In this document: positions 19,031-29,507 of the stretch, one piece after another | How the letters are laid out: the number at the start of each line of letters is the position of its first letter | How positions within the stretch are numbered: position 1 is the first letter of the stretch | Origin: Candidatus Tayloriibacteriota bacterium | GTDB lineage: Bacteria; Patescibacteriota; Minisyncoccia; Phycocordibacterales; PALSA-1337 | Direction of reading: 5' to 3' | DNA length: 64,000 nucleotides | Assembly (NCBI GenBank): GCA_943350765.1 | Contig: CALRAJ010000002.1 | Span: forward strand, 72,951 to 136,950 | Translations under genes and position numbers: made by a program | Notes under the pieces: generated by a model | Database searches by the model: none | The model's input: the letters and a program-made list of their open reading frames with translations, nothing else | What the model was told of the DNA's origin: nothing

Positions 19031-19249
19031 GAATGCTAGTATACACTACTATCGTCTACCCTCTCTTTATCTGACAACTATTCCGCCTGGAAAAATCCTA
19101 TTTACCTCGGCATCAAGCGATACCTGTTTTTTTAGGGATTGAATCTTTCGATGTACTGTTTGAATATATAACAGAATCAGCACTAGCTTTTATTCCTTAT
19201 ATTCTACCAATATAATACTGTTGATAATAAAAACTCTTAAAACACCACT

Positions 19250-19678
19250 TTACTTCCCCCTTTGTTTTTTTAAATCTGCAAACATACTGACTGCCAGAGC
19301 GATAATCACTACATTTTTAATAATATACTGCCCTTCGAGAGTGGGTACCATAAAGCCTTGCCAAGAGATCTCGGGAAGAAGAAAAAGTGGCATGATAGTC
19401 GTGATCATGTGGGGGATAAGCAGTATCATCGCTACTCTTTCCATTTTTGGAATAATAAATAAGATACCGATAAGTACCTCCCATGCACCCAGAAGCATTA
19501 TAAATGTCTGAAAGGAGATAAAAGGCAATGTCTGGCGTAATAAGTTTTCCACCAGAGGGTTGGCTGGGCTAAGGTCAAAAAACTTTAATGAGCCAAACCA
19601 AACAAAAACAATAAATAATGCAAAATGAGCAAATATAAATCCAAGATATTCTCTTCTTTGCATAACTGGAAGTGTCAT
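19250..19678 (-). CDS. Small integral membrane protein (4 TM, DoxX-like)
   Basis: Four hydrophobic helices; weak DoxX-like pattern. Confidence 0.35.
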   Translation of the reverse strand: MTLPVMQRREYLGFIFAHFALFIVFVWFGSLKFFDLSPANPLVENLLRQTLPFISFQTFIMLLGAWEVLIGILFIIPKMERVAMILLIPHMITTIMPLFLLPEISWQGFMVPTLEGQYIIKNVVIIALAVSMFADLKKQRGK

Positions 19679-19892
19679 AGTTTTAATTATAAAATGATTC
19701 TTTGATTATAGCTAGTATCATCTGTGTATATGTTGGTTTGTTTACTATTTCAGTAGACTGTATAATGTTAATTGAAATTATGAACTTATCTCAAAAAAGA
19801 CTTGTTTGGTTTTTCTTTATTTGTGTCTGTTTTTCTATTTTCTATACATACTATAATTTAGTTGTTCTGAAAAACTTTAACATCATATACCC

Positions 19893-21638
19893 ATGATTGA
19901 TTTCTCTCAATATTGTCAGTGGGAGCCAGTAAGGGCGATATTCTTTTCAGGTAATGTACCTGATGCACTGGTGTATTATGCCCATTTTACTTCATTTGTG
20001 TCTGCTGTTGCATATGCGGTTTGGTTTTACATAAAAAGCAAGGGAAGCACATCAGCAAAAATATTTGCCACAGCAATAGTTGCATTTTGTTTTTGGAATC
20101 TTTCTGACATGGTGCTTTTTGCGACAGACCGACCAGAGTATGTGATGTTTTTCTGGTCACTATTATCGCTTTTTGAGCCTTTGATCTACGCCGGGCTTTT
20201 TTTCTTTTTCTATACATACGCTCTCAAAAAGCCTGTATCATTTAAAGCACTCGAAGCAACATTTTTGGCTTTTGTACCGATACTTATTCTTTTGGGTACG
20301 ACATATAATCTACAAGCTTTTGATCTGTCTGATTGTGGGCGAGATGCAATCGAAGGATGGCTGATCAAATATGTTTATCTACTCGATATTATTTTTGCCT
20401 TGGGAATAGTCGCGACTGCGATCTATGCATATCGAAAAGATGACGGTGCATTTCGTCCTAAGGTTATTTCAGTAGCGATTGCACTTCTATGTTTTATGAC
20501 GATTTTTGGTCTAGGAAACTTTATCGGTTCATATACAGATTTGCAGTGGCGTTTTGCTCAGTATGGTTTACTAGGGTTGCCATTGTTTATTCTTATAATT
20601 CTATTTATTTCAACAAAGTTTAAACTTTTTGTGGGGCAGACTATACGACCTATTTTACTTGTGGCAATAATGTGGTTTACAGTATTCTCGCTATTATTTG
20701 CAGATCTAAATTTCATAACACGGATTCTGGTAATGATTTTGCTTATTCTAGTTTCCTTTTCATCATATTTCTTTGTGAGAACAGTAAACGATGATTTAAA
20801 AAAGTCTAAAGAAATCAAATGGCTTAATTCACAATTAAATAATTTCAATGACAATCTTCAAGATAAGGTAAAAGAACAGACTAGAGAGCTCGTAAGTGCT
20901 TATGAAATAGAGCGAAAGGCCAGAGTAGAGCTTCAAAAAATCAGTGATGAAAAGGATAGATTTATTATGATAACGCAACATGAGCTACGCACCCCATTGA
21001 CTGCTTTAAGATGGGGAGCCGAAACTATGCTCGAGGGTGGTTTTGGGGTCATCAATCAAGCCCAAAATGACTATTTTAAATCAGCAAAGGAAAGTGCCAA
21101 TCGGCTAATTAAAGTGGTAAATAGAATGGCGGACAGTGTAAATAAAAATCTATACAGTGCTACTGGTGTTGTGGAGAAATCACTTTTTTCAGAAGTTCTT
21201 GATCAGGCATTAGTAGCATTATCACTATATGCCACAGAAAAACATATTAAAATTGAAAAAAATATTCATATAGATACAAATATCCCCCTTCAAATATCTC
21301 AGGAAAAGCTGTATCATGTTATTTCAAATCTTGTAGATAATTCGTTAAAGTATACCCCGGTGGGCGGTACTATATCTATTAGTTTCTACTCAGACGATGA
21401 GAAGACGGTTACAATGAAGGTGGCTGATAATGGGATCGGAATACCTGCGGAGTCCACCAGGTTTATTTTTTCAAAGTTTTATCGAGCCACAAACGCCATA
21501 TCTTCACACCCTGATGGGTCTGGACTCGGACTATGTATTGTAAAATCACTTGTGGAGCAAACCGGAGGTACTGTCAAGGTGGAAAGTGGTGGGGAAGGTA
21601 AGGGGACTACAGTGATAGTGGTGTTTCCGAGGGCTTAG
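19893..21638 (+). CDS. Sensor histidine kinase with a multi-TM N-terminal sensor domain
   Basis: H-box ITQHELRTPLTAL; HATPase N-box and G-boxes (DNGIGIP, GSGLGLCIV). Confidence 0.9.
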   Translation: MIDFSQYCQWEPVRAIFFSGNVPDALVYYAHFTSFVSAVAYAVWFYIKSKGSTSAKIFATAIVAFCFWNLSDMVLFATDRPEYVMFFWSLLSLFEPLIYAGLFFFFYTYALKKPVSFKALEATFLAFVPILILLGTTYNLQAFDLSDCGRDAIEGWLIKYVYLLDIIFALGIVATAIYAYRKDDGAFRPKVISVAIALLCFMTIFGLGNFIGSYTDLQWRFAQYGLLGLPLFILIILFISTKFKLFVGQTIRPILLVAIMWFTVFSLLFADLNFITRILVMILLILVSFSSYFFVRTVNDDLKKSKEIKWLNSQLNNFNDNLQDKVKEQTRELVSAYEIERKARVELQKISDEKDRFIMITQHELRTPLTALRWGAETMLEGGFGVINQAQNDYFKSAKESANRLIKVVNRMADSVNKNLYSATGVVEKSLFSEVLDQALVALSLYATEKHIKIEKNIHIDTNIPLQISQEKLYHVISNLVDNSLKYTPVGGTISISFYSDDEKTVTMKVADNGIGIPAESTRFIFSKFYRATNAISSHPDGSGLGLCIVKSLVEQTGGTVKVESGGEGKGTTVIVVFPRA

Positions 21639-21653
21639 GTTTTTGACTCTAGA

Positions 21654-21884
21654 TTATTTTTCTCTCACAAATATAAACCTCGGCTTTTTCACTCCATCAA
21701 TCAGTACTTCTTCGGTAAACATATTCGCTGGTCGAACCCAGAATTTTGACTTGTCATTTTCATAAAGTGCCTCATACACCACCATGTCCTCCAGCGTCTC
21801 TGAGTGCTTTGCAATAAAATGAACTCGGTACTGGTTACCACTTTTAACGTGCTGATAAATGCCTAGTTTTATAGATTGATTCAT
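21654..21884 (-). CDS. DUF1653 family protein
   Basis: GIYQHVKSGNQYRV...AKHSETLEDMVVYEALY...WVRP..MF matches the DUF1653 pattern; start placed at the internal Met. Confidence 0.5.
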   Translation of the reverse strand: MNQSIKLGIYQHVKSGNQYRVHFIAKHSETLEDMVVYEALYENDKSKFWVRPANMFTEEVLIDGVKKPRFIFVREK

Positions 21885-22218
21885 GTGAATATGATATACC
21901 ATGCGAAGCAAAATAAAAAGCAAAACCGTCAGCAGAGAAAATGTGTCGGTTTGCTATTATGGTTGGGTATCTAATCCAAGCACAAACCAAACACACCCAG
22001 TATCCGATGACGGTCTGATCACCACGCCGTTATCATATCGCACGAGCTGATCCCGCGGAGAAATGATAATTAGACCTACTAGCAGGCGAAGGTATCACAA
22101 AACACTGGTTTATCTCTACCGACGGCAAAATCAAATGTTCAACTGACATTTATATTAGCATATGTACTAAAAATATCATAGCAAGCGGTGATTTTATCAA
22201 ATGGCTGTATAGAGCCAT

Positions 22219-22256
22219 ATTCAAAGGCTAAACACTAGCGTTTAGCCTTTGAATAT
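22219..22256. repeat. H-family hairpin variant (GGCTAAAC...GTTTAGCC) downstream of trxB
   Basis: attcaaaggctaaacactagcgtttagcctttgaatat. Confidence 0.7.
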
Positions 22257-22259
22257 ATA

Positions 22260-23183
22260 CTACTTCGTATGCAAAAAGTTATAAATATCCTCAATGGCCT
22301 TTACGGCATCTCCCGCAGCGATGTTGTTTTGGTGGTATAGTCCGTCAGTGCAGTCTCCAGCAGCCCAGATGCCAGCAGTGGTTGCCTTTTGGGTGCGTGG
22401 ATCTACCATTATGTGGTTCCATTTGTCGAGCGTGGTAGCATCTTTTACAAAAAGGGTATTAGGAAGGAGTCCAATTTCTACAAAAATACCTGTGGTCGGT
22501 ATCTCGACATTTTTACCAGTTTTCTTATCTGTATATACAAAGGCTGAAACAAATTTATCGCCCTTTACTTCGGCTGGTACTGCTTCAGTGATAGCACGCA
22601 TTTTTGGATTTTTAAGAACCCTTTCTACTGTTATTGGATCAGCCCTAAAGATACTACTTCGGTTTAAAAGTGTAACACTTTTGCAATATGCCAAAAGCTG
22701 GGAGGCACTTTCAAAAGCTGCATTTCCACCTCCAAGCACTACCACATCTTGGTCGGCAAAAAGTGGTCCATCGCAGGTGGCACAGTAGGTAAGACCCTTG
22801 TGTTCAAAAGTGTCTGCACCAGGGATACTGAGCTTTTGGCGATAGCTACCAGTGCATATCAGAATAGTTTTGGTCAGGTATTCACCCGCGTTTGTTTTTA
22901 CACTAAAGCCATCAGTATTTTTAGATACTGACTCACACAGCTCACCCTCTTTTATGGTGAGTATTTCTCCAGCGTAAGCCTTTAGGTGATTTTCGAGATT
23001 TTTGGCAAGATCTGCACCCGAAATCTTGATATTTCCAATCCAGTTTTCAATACCTTCCGAGACGGCACTTTGACCTTGGAAATCTTTAGTAATGAAAAGT
23101 GTTTTGAGACGCTTTCGAGCAGCGTAAACACCTCCAGCTACACCAGCAGGACCACCACCAATGATTATAAGGTCGTAAAGCAT
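22260..23183 (-). CDS. trxB: Thioredoxin-disulfide reductase
   Basis: FAD motif IIGGGPAG; redox-active CATCDG. Confidence 0.92.
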   Translation of the reverse strand: MLYDLIIIGGGPAGVAGGVYAARKRLKTLFITKDFQGQSAVSEGIENWIGNIKISGADLAKNLENHLKAYAGEILTIKEGELCESVSKNTDGFSVKTNAGEYLTKTILICTGSYRQKLSIPGADTFEHKGLTYCATCDGPLFADQDVVVLGGGNAAFESASQLLAYCKSVTLLNRSSIFRADPITVERVLKNPKMRAITEAVPAEVKGDKFVSAFVYTDKKTGKNVEIPTTGIFVEIGLLPNTLFVKDATTLDKWNHIMVDPRTQKATTAGIWAAGDCTDGLYHQNNIAAGDAVKAIEDIYNFLHTK

Positions 23184-23185
23184 TG

Positions 23186-24352
23186 CTATTTCTTATTCCT
23201 TCTTAAGAATGCTGGTACTGCACCCCAGTCGTCGTCTACTTCTGGGACTTCCTTTTTCTCTTCGGTTCTAACCTCTTTTATAATAGGTGCTTGTTGCACT
23301 GGCATTTGTGGAAGTGAGTTGTAGATTCTACCTTTTTTGTCTTCAGTATTAGTGTTGGTACTTATCGGTGTCTGGAAAAGTGTCTTTTTTAGAGGTGCTT
23401 CAGGAAATCCAGATGCTATTACAGTAACCTTGACCTCATTTTTCTTTAATTTTTCATCACGGACAGTTCCAAAAATAACTTTTGCTTGTGGATCAATAGA
23501 TTCTGTGATGATCTTGGCTGCATCTTGGATTTCAAACATTGTTAAATCATCGCCACCAGCGATAGAGAAAAGTACACCTTTTGCACCGGTAATAGAAAGA
23601 TCGAGTAAGGGGGAGTTGATAGCTAGTCGTGCTGCCTCCTCAGCTCGTTTTTCACCAGTGGCACAGCCGATACCCATGAGTGCAGAGCCAGCATTTTCCA
23701 TCACTGCACGAATATCGGCAAAGTCGATGTTTATAATACCAGGAGTAGTAATCAAATCTGAGATACCTTCGACTGCCGACTTTAGGATTTCATCACACAT
23801 AGCGAAGGCGTTTTTAGCGGTCGTGTTTTTGTCGATAGTACTCAAAAGTCGGTCGTTGGGGATAACAATAATAGCATCTACTTCTTTTCTAAGTTCCTCG
23901 AGTGCTTGCTCGGCAACCTTCATCCTCTGAAGCCCCTCAAAAAAGAAGGGTTTGGTAACCACAGCTACTGTAAGCGCACCCAGCTCCTTTGCGGTGCGAG
24001 CCACAGAAGGGCTAGCACCAGAGCCAGTACCTCCACCTAGTCCACAAGCAATAAATACCATATCCGCACCTTTTATGGCTTCTTGTACTTCTTCTTTTGT
24101 TTCCTCCACAGCTCGCTTGCCGAGGTCGGGGTTCATACCTGTACCTAGTCCACGGGTAAGATTTTTACCAATGTGGATTTTCTTTTTGGCAAGAGAGTGG
24201 TGCAGGTCCTGCGAGTCGGTATTTACTGCGATAAAATCAACCCCTTTTACTTTTGAGTTGATCATATGGTTTACGGCATTTTTGCCAGAGCCTCCAACTC
24301 CGAGTACCTTGATGCGGGCGAATGCTTCGATTTCTGGTGTAATGTGGGGCAT
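23186..24352 (-). CDS. ftsZ: Cell division GTPase FtsZ
   Basis: Tubulin signature GGGTGSG; N-terminal GVGGSGKNAVNHM. Confidence 0.95.
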   Translation of the reverse strand: MPHITPEIEAFARIKVLGVGGSGKNAVNHMINSKVKGVDFIAVNTDSQDLHHSLAKKKIHIGKNLTRGLGTGMNPDLGKRAVEETKEEVQEAIKGADMVFIACGLGGGTGSGASPSVARTAKELGALTVAVVTKPFFFEGLQRMKVAEQALEELRKEVDAIIVIPNDRLLSTIDKNTTAKNAFAMCDEILKSAVEGISDLITTPGIINIDFADIRAVMENAGSALMGIGCATGEKRAEEAARLAINSPLLDLSITGAKGVLFSIAGGDDLTMFEIQDAAKIITESIDPQAKVIFGTVRDEKLKKNEVKVTVIASGFPEAPLKKTLFQTPISTNTNTEDKKGRIYNSLPQMPVQQAPIIKEVRTEEKKEVPEVDDDWGAVPAFLRRNKK

Positions 24353-24458
24353 ATGGTTACGATTAATTTCTATGATGATATGTGGTCAATAATACCAAAT
24401 AGCGAGAAAAAAGGGAAATTAAATAAGTTAGAACACGCTATTTGTTAAGAGTGGTATT

Positions 24459-25643
24459 TTATGGTAAAAAAGGTCTCGATAGTTTGAGGATTGTTTTTAT
24501 TAATTTTTTTAAAAAACTTTTACCATCTGGCTTAAATCCAGTAGAGCTATCGCTATTTAGACCGAGAATACAGAGACCATAAGCCACTGCGGACGAAGCA
24601 TCTTTGATCTCTTTGTTACTCTCTTTAAAATTAATACTTGCAATACGGGAGGGAAGTCTGAGAGTAACTTTTGCTAGATCCTCAATGTTGCCGATCCCTG
24701 AGCCACCGCCAGTAATCACAATACCAGCAGGCAAAAGTCCATTTCGATTTATTTTTTTAAGATGGACTTCGATCAATTCAAAAATATCTGATAGTCTGGC
24801 TCCTACAATCTCTTCAAGCTTTTTTCGCGGGTAAGTAGCACTGGTGATCGCACCGATTTTAATCTGCTCAGCTTCTTCGAGTGGTACTTTGAGTCCCAGA
24901 GCGATGTCATTGGTAATATCAGTACTACCGATAGGAAAAACCTCGAGAGAAATCGGTATATTATTTTCAAATACTGCTATCGAAACCGTTTCGGCCCCGA
25001 TATTTGCAAGCATACAGCCAGCGACTTTTTGTTGTTTCGTAAGAGTTACAAGACTGGCAGCAATAGGAGAAGCCACAATATCCTGTACCTCGACCCCAGA
25101 TTTTTCAATTGCTTCGATTAGGTCGTTTAGGTGATGCTCAAGACAGCTGACAAAAAGTGTTCGGACTTCGAGCTTAGTGCCTTTGGTGCCTTCTGGATTG
25201 CCAAGTACGATTTTACCATCGACTTTGTATTGGAGTGGAATGGTATGGATGATTTTTTTGTTGATCGAGGCGGATTGGGGTATTTCATCCTCACTAGCTT
25301 CTATTGCTTTTTGGATATCCAGATCAGTGATTTCCGAATCAGCTCTAGAAATAATAGCTGAGCCATGTGAGACTATACTAGATAGTCCAATCCCACCGAC
25401 AGATACAAAAGCCTTTCGGATTTTTATTTTTGCTATTTTTTCGGCTTCGGCTACGGCGAGTTTAATACTCTCGACCACCTCAGCAGGTTGGGTAATATAG
25501 CCGTGTCTCACCCCGTGAGTTTCAGAGGCAGCAGCGGCTATGATTCTAGGAGTGTTTCCCTGATTATCCCCTCCACGCTCCGCGACCAGGACTTTTACCT
25601 GGTAAGTACCAATATCAATGCCCGTAACGATAGTGCGACTCAT
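24459..25643 (-). CDS. ftsA: Cell division protein FtsA (actin-like ATPase)
   Basis: IVTGIDIGTYQVKVLVAE N-terminus, actin-fold phosphate motifs. Start placed at MSRTIV so as not to overlap ybeY. Confidence 0.85.
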   Translation of the reverse strand: MSRTIVTGIDIGTYQVKVLVAERGGDNQGNTPRIIAAAASETHGVRHGYITQPAEVVESIKLAVAEAEKIAKIKIRKAFVSVGGIGLSSIVSHGSAIISRADSEITDLDIQKAIEASEDEIPQSASINKKIIHTIPLQYKVDGKIVLGNPEGTKGTKLEVRTLFVSCLEHHLNDLIEAIEKSGVEVQDIVASPIAASLVTLTKQQKVAGCMLANIGAETVSIAVFENNIPISLEVFPIGSTDITNDIALGLKVPLEEAEQIKIGAITSATYPRKKLEEIVGARLSDIFELIEVHLKKINRNGLLPAGIVITGGGSGIGNIEDLAKVTLRLPSRIASINFKESNKEIKDASSAVAYGLCILGLNSDSSTGFKPDGKSFLKKLIKTILKLSRPFLP

Positions 25644-25710
25644 GGTGGTGATTGGAGATACCACGCGTTTACACTTTATAAATCTAGTTTCGGGCGAACC
25701 TACTGTATTA

Positions 25711-26112
25711 CTAGATGCTAAATTGTTTGCGGATCTTCTCTTCTTCACTATCCATTATACTACTATGATCGAATCCCTTCAAATGTGTCAAACCGTGGAT
25801 AAATAAAAATGCTAGAAAGTTTTCATATGTACGGTCAAAATTCACTGCTTCTTTTTTAGTTTCTTCAAGATTTATAAAAATCTCACCTTCTGTATTTGAA
25901 ATAGGAAAGCTCAAAATATCGGTTGGTTTGTTTATCTTACGATACTGTAGGTTTAAAGCAGTGATGTACTCAATATCTACAAAAAGAACACTCAGCTCGT
26001 ATTCAGATCCTAGCACGGCTTCCTTCATGGCAACAAAAGACACGCGTGGAAGCGTGCTTTTGGTGAGATTTTGTATACTACAGTTTTCAGCACCTTTTGG
26101 CTTTACGGTCAT
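25711..26112 (-). CDS. ybeY: rRNA maturation endoribonuclease YbeY
   Basis: Zinc-binding HGLTHLKGFDH motif. Confidence 0.85.
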   Translation of the reverse strand: MTVKPKGAENCSIQNLTKSTLPRVSFVAMKEAVLGSEYELSVLFVDIEYITALNLQYRKINKPTDILSFPISNTEGEIFINLEETKKEAVNFDRTYENFLAFLFIHGLTHLKGFDHSSIMDSEEEKIRKQFSI

Positions 26113-26119
26113 CTAGCTT

Positions 26120-26371
26120 TTATTTCTTTGGTCCACCCCTCACTGGCTTTTCGGGCATTTTGCCAAGCTTGATTAGCTCCTGAATGTTTTTCTTGTACTC
26201 AATACTCTCAAGTGTCTTCATTTTTGTTTTGTAATGAGAAAGTACACGCTGATTGTACCTTAGGGAACGAACCCTCGGCAAGATACCTGACCCTTGGACT
26301 CGCTTGGTAAATCTTCGAATAAGGCTGACTGGGTTTTCGTTGCTATTCTTTGTTACTTCTACATTTATCAT
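26120..26371 (-). CDS. rpsU: 30S ribosomal protein S21
   Basis: MINVEVTKNSNENPVSLIRRFTKRV... bS21 pattern; start at the internal Met. Confidence 0.75.
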   Translation of the reverse strand: MINVEVTKNSNENPVSLIRRFTKRVQGSGILPRVRSLRYNQRVLSHYKTKMKTLESIEYKKNIQELIKLGKMPEKPVRGGPKK

Positions 26372-26473
26372 AGTGGAGTTTATCCTATCATGGAGTAATG
26401 GAAAGTGCAAACGGCGTTTGGTGCGGAGTCCTTTTAAAGATACACCTGCGACAGCATTTCATGATCCTTTGTT

Positions 26474-26512
26474 GAACGGCTCAACAGGGCTGTTGAGCCG
26501 TTCAAATGGCTC
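26474..26512. repeat. H-family hairpin repeat
   Basis: gaacggctcaacagggctgttgagccgttcaaatggctc. Confidence 0.8.
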
Positions 26513-26562
26513 TACATAGGCTCAGCAAAGAATCAGCCAAAGGTGATTTTGTGGTAAAAAAG

Positions 26563-26602
26563 TTTCAAAGGCTCAACGGTGTACACTGTTGAGCCTTTGA
26601 AG
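26563..26602. repeat. H-family hairpin repeat
   Basis: tttcaaaggctcaacggtgtacactgttgagcctttgaag. Confidence 0.8.
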
Positions 26603-26640
26603 TGTTTAGTCCCGAAATTTTCAGTAGAAAATTTCGGGGA
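26603..26640. repeat. P-family palindrome (CCCGAAATTTTC-agtag-GAAAATTTCGGG)
   Basis: Related to the palindromes at 36168, 43500 and 48913. Confidence 0.7.
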
Positions 26641-26683
26641 ACCCCTACTCATATATCACATTTTGTAATTTGCCTAGTTCTAC

Positions 26684-26772
26684 TTTATTGCAATTGTGGA
26701 GAATACCCCGACGGCTTGCCGCGGGGATGAATCCGCAAGAATGAAGATGAAGTCGGCGGAGCCGACACTCCT
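26684..26772 (+). ncRNA. Structured element E copy 1 (candidate small RNA or cis element); near-identical copy at 48782-48870
   Basis: ~85 nt sharing about 95% identity with copy 2; hairpins CCCCGaCGG-cttg-CCGcGGGG and GTCGGC-gga-GCCGAC. Confidence 0.45.
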
Positions 26773-26886
26773 GCAACAAAGTTTACCCTGTCGTCTCGCC
26801 TAATACCCCGCCGAGGTAATCCGAGGGAATAGCTTGCTACAGGGATAGGACGAGGCTAAACTTTATTGTAACTTAGTCAAAACTTT

Positions 26887-28161
26887 TTATGCTCCTAATC
26901 TTCTCACATACCGCACTAGCTCCGAGATGGGTACGGTTTCTTGGGATCTTGTATTCATATCTCGAACAATAGCAGACTCTTCCATAGCTTCTTTTTTGCC
27001 GATTAGTATCATGTGAGGGATTTTTAATCTTTCTGCTACAGAGAGCTGTGCGGTCAGCTTGTCTTTGGAAAGTGCTTGATGCACCATAATGTTTTCTCTT
27101 CTCAGTATATTTATTATCTGTAGACTGTATAGCTTGGCTTCAAAACCAAGTTGTACAAAGTATAAGATCGGAGTTTTGACTTTTGCCACAACCATTTCTT
27201 TTGCTGGTCTTTTGAAAAGTAATGAAATACCTACTCCAGAAACTTCTTTCTTGAGACCAATCTTTCTCGCAAGACCATCATAACGAATACCGAGTGCTAG
27301 GATCTCACATTCAGTTTTTTTCTTTCCATTTGCTGGGTGTATGATTTCAAAGATAGTCTCAGAACAGTATTTTTTGTTTCCTATTAGATGATGGTTGATT
27401 TTATAAGGAATGTCCAACTTTTCTAAAAACTCAAGTACCTCTTTGAAGTGAATACGGCTGGGTTCCGAAAGGAAGGTTATTGATTTTGGAGCATCTTCTT
27501 TTAGAGAATCACTTTTTTTATCAGAATGAGTAAGTAGCTCGAAAACATCTTTTTTTAAAAGCTGTCTACCGTGGGTAGAAAGATGTTCTATGTTTTTTCT
27601 ATAATATGCAGTGAGTTCTTTGGTAAATTTAGTAATCGACTCACGATCACCGATGCTATTTATTTCTACGCATAGATCCTTGTATCCATAATCTTCTAAA
27701 ATGACTAGTGCGGTTTTTATGAGGGTAGCCTCGGCAATACTTTTTGGATTACCAATAATCTCTAGGTCGCCGTATCTAGGGTAGGAATGATTTTTCTTGA
27801 CCAGTGAACCTTTGAAAGAGCTTTTGAAGTACATCATTACTGGCTGTGGAAGGGTGTGCATATTGCGTTCAATATATGTCCTTAGAACAGCTACTTTTTC
27901 CTCAACATGGAGTGGTAAAATGGCATGGTTTTCGCCTTCGTTTTCTACAAAATCACCATCGAGTAATGTTTTGGAATGATCGAGGTCTACTTTTTTTATT
28001 TCAGGAGTTTCTGTGGGGGTAAATCCGTAATGAAGTGCGACATAAGCACCTATGTCCAGATTTTTATATGGCAAATGTTTTGCCGTTTTTGCTGGTTTAG
28101 GTTCCGAAGCTTTTTCCGGGTTTCTCTTGTTGTTTGGGTTGTATCTGGTAAAGGCGGTCAT
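26887..28161 (-). CDS. hisS: Histidine--tRNA ligase (divergent, class II)
   Basis: LGIRYDGLARKIG (HisA-type GGRYDxL motif) and C-terminal anticodon-binding domain; motif 1/2 are divergent, so a HisZ-like paralog cannot be excluded. Confidence 0.65.
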   Translation of the reverse strand: MTAFTRYNPNNKRNPEKASEPKPAKTAKHLPYKNLDIGAYVALHYGFTPTETPEIKKVDLDHSKTLLDGDFVENEGENHAILPLHVEEKVAVLRTYIERNMHTLPQPVMMYFKSSFKGSLVKKNHSYPRYGDLEIIGNPKSIAEATLIKTALVILEDYGYKDLCVEINSIGDRESITKFTKELTAYYRKNIEHLSTHGRQLLKKDVFELLTHSDKKSDSLKEDAPKSITFLSEPSRIHFKEVLEFLEKLDIPYKINHHLIGNKKYCSETIFEIIHPANGKKKTECEILALGIRYDGLARKIGLKKEVSGVGISLLFKRPAKEMVVAKVKTPILYFVQLGFEAKLYSLQIINILRRENIMVHQALSKDKLTAQLSVAERLKIPHMILIGKKEAMEESAIVRDMNTRSQETVPISELVRYVRRLGA

Positions 28162-28183
28162 GGGGTAAAATGTTATTTGATAG

Positions 28184-28855
28184 CTAATTATATTCTTCCT
28201 GACGACCTGGGAATACGCTTATTTTTTGAATAGGCAAAAGTCTGAGAACAGGTCTTCCTATGATAAGATTTTCGGTGATTGGTCCCCAAATCCTCGAGTC
28301 CGAGCTACTTGCTCTGTTGTCACCCATTACAAAGTACTGTTCATTATTAAGAACAATATGGGAGCTGTCGATTTTCTTGTTTACTTCATCGATGTACGGC
28401 TCAATTAAAATTTGTCCTGCGGGATACTGGGTATTGATAATAGTTACGATGCCATTTTTAATCTCTACTGTTTCTCCAGGCAGACCTATGATGCGTTTGA
28501 TAAAAAAACGAGTAGTGTCAAGTGGATATTTGAAAATAATTATATCGCCACGCTCAGGTGACTGAAAACGGTGTGAAATCTCATCCACGATTAGATACTG
28601 ACCAGAGCTAAATGTTGTGTCCATAGATGGTCCACTTACGATAAATGGCCCGATCACATAGGCACGCACAAATAACACAAGTGGCAGTGCTATTAACGCA
28701 AATTTGAGTAGCTCTTTGAACTCATTTCTTTTTTGTAAAACAGGAGTGGTGGAAGGTGGTGTGGGATTTTCTGACAGAGAATTATTTTTTGTGATATTTT
28801 CCATTTGATTTATATTTCTGCTTACATTGTATCTTGTCTTAGTGGTTTGACACAA
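28184..28855 (-). CDS. lepB: Signal peptidase I
   Basis: SGPSMDTTF catalytic Ser box, GDIIIFKYP, YFVMGDNRASSSDSRIWGPI box E. Confidence 0.92.
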   Translation of the reverse strand: MCQTTKTRYNVSRNINQMENITKNNSLSENPTPPSTTPVLQKRNEFKELLKFALIALPLVLFVRAYVIGPFIVSGPSMDTTFSSGQYLIVDEISHRFQSPERGDIIIFKYPLDTTRFFIKRIIGLPGETVEIKNGIVTIINTQYPAGQILIEPYIDEVNKKIDSSHIVLNNEQYFVMGDNRASSSDSRIWGPITENLIIGRPVLRLLPIQKISVFPGRQEEYN

Positions 28856-28883
28856 TAGATGAAAGCAATGTAAAATGTTTTAT

Positions 28884-29501
28884 ATGACATATATTATTGT
28901 TGGACTCGGAAATCCAGGGGAGGAATATAAAGACACGCGACATAATGCGGGAAGAATTGTGCTGGAAGAGTTTGCCAGAGCTATCGATGCTGAAGAGTTT
29001 GTGTTTGATAAAAAAAGAAATGCTTTGGTGGCTGACGGTGCAGTAAAAAAGGAAAAAGTGATGCTTATTTCGCCGGAAACTTTTATGAATAAGTCGGGCA
29101 GTGCTTTAGGCAAGCTCGTGAAAGTGGCAAAGTCTAAGATATATAAAAAAGGTGTGGCAGGGAATCTGGTAGTGATTCACGATGACCTCGATATACCGCT
29201 CGGTAAATTTAAAATTTCTTTCAACAAAAGCTCGGGTGGACACAAGGGAGTCGAGTCTATTATTAAAACGTTAGGGACGGAGGCCTTTGTACGAGTGCGC
29301 ATGGGTATTTCTCCTGAGACTGCAGGAGGGAAATTAAAAAAGCCGACTGGAGGGGAAGTGGTCGGGGACTTTATCGTGGCACCCTTTAAAAAGGCTGAGC
29401 TTGAGTTGATAAAAAAGACTGCGAAAAAAGTGAGTGAAGGACTCGCGGTACTTATAGAGCACGGCCGAGAAAAAGCGATGAGTGAGTTTAATGGACTTTA
29501 A
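28884..29501 (+). CDS. pth: Peptidyl-tRNA hydrolase
   Basis: IIVGLGNPG...TRHNAGR motifs. Confidence 0.9.
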   Translation: MTYIIVGLGNPGEEYKDTRHNAGRIVLEEFARAIDAEEFVFDKKRNALVADGAVKKEKVMLISPETFMNKSGSALGKLVKVAKSKIYKKGVAGNLVVIHDDLDIPLGKFKISFNKSSGGHKGVESIIKTLGTEAFVRVRMGISPETAGGKLKKPTGGEVVGDFIVAPFKKAELELIKKTAKKVSEGLAVLIEHGREKAMSEFNGL

Positions 29502-29507
29502 AAATTA

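Noticed and set aside
394-25806. Numerous antisense or overlapping small ORFs (e.g. 394-882, 1762-2094, 22294-22788, 23337-23930, 23952-24392, 24844-25500) inside lepA, trxB, ftsZ and ftsA
   Set aside because: They lie entirely within well-supported conserved genes on the opposite strand or in another frame, with no domain signal.
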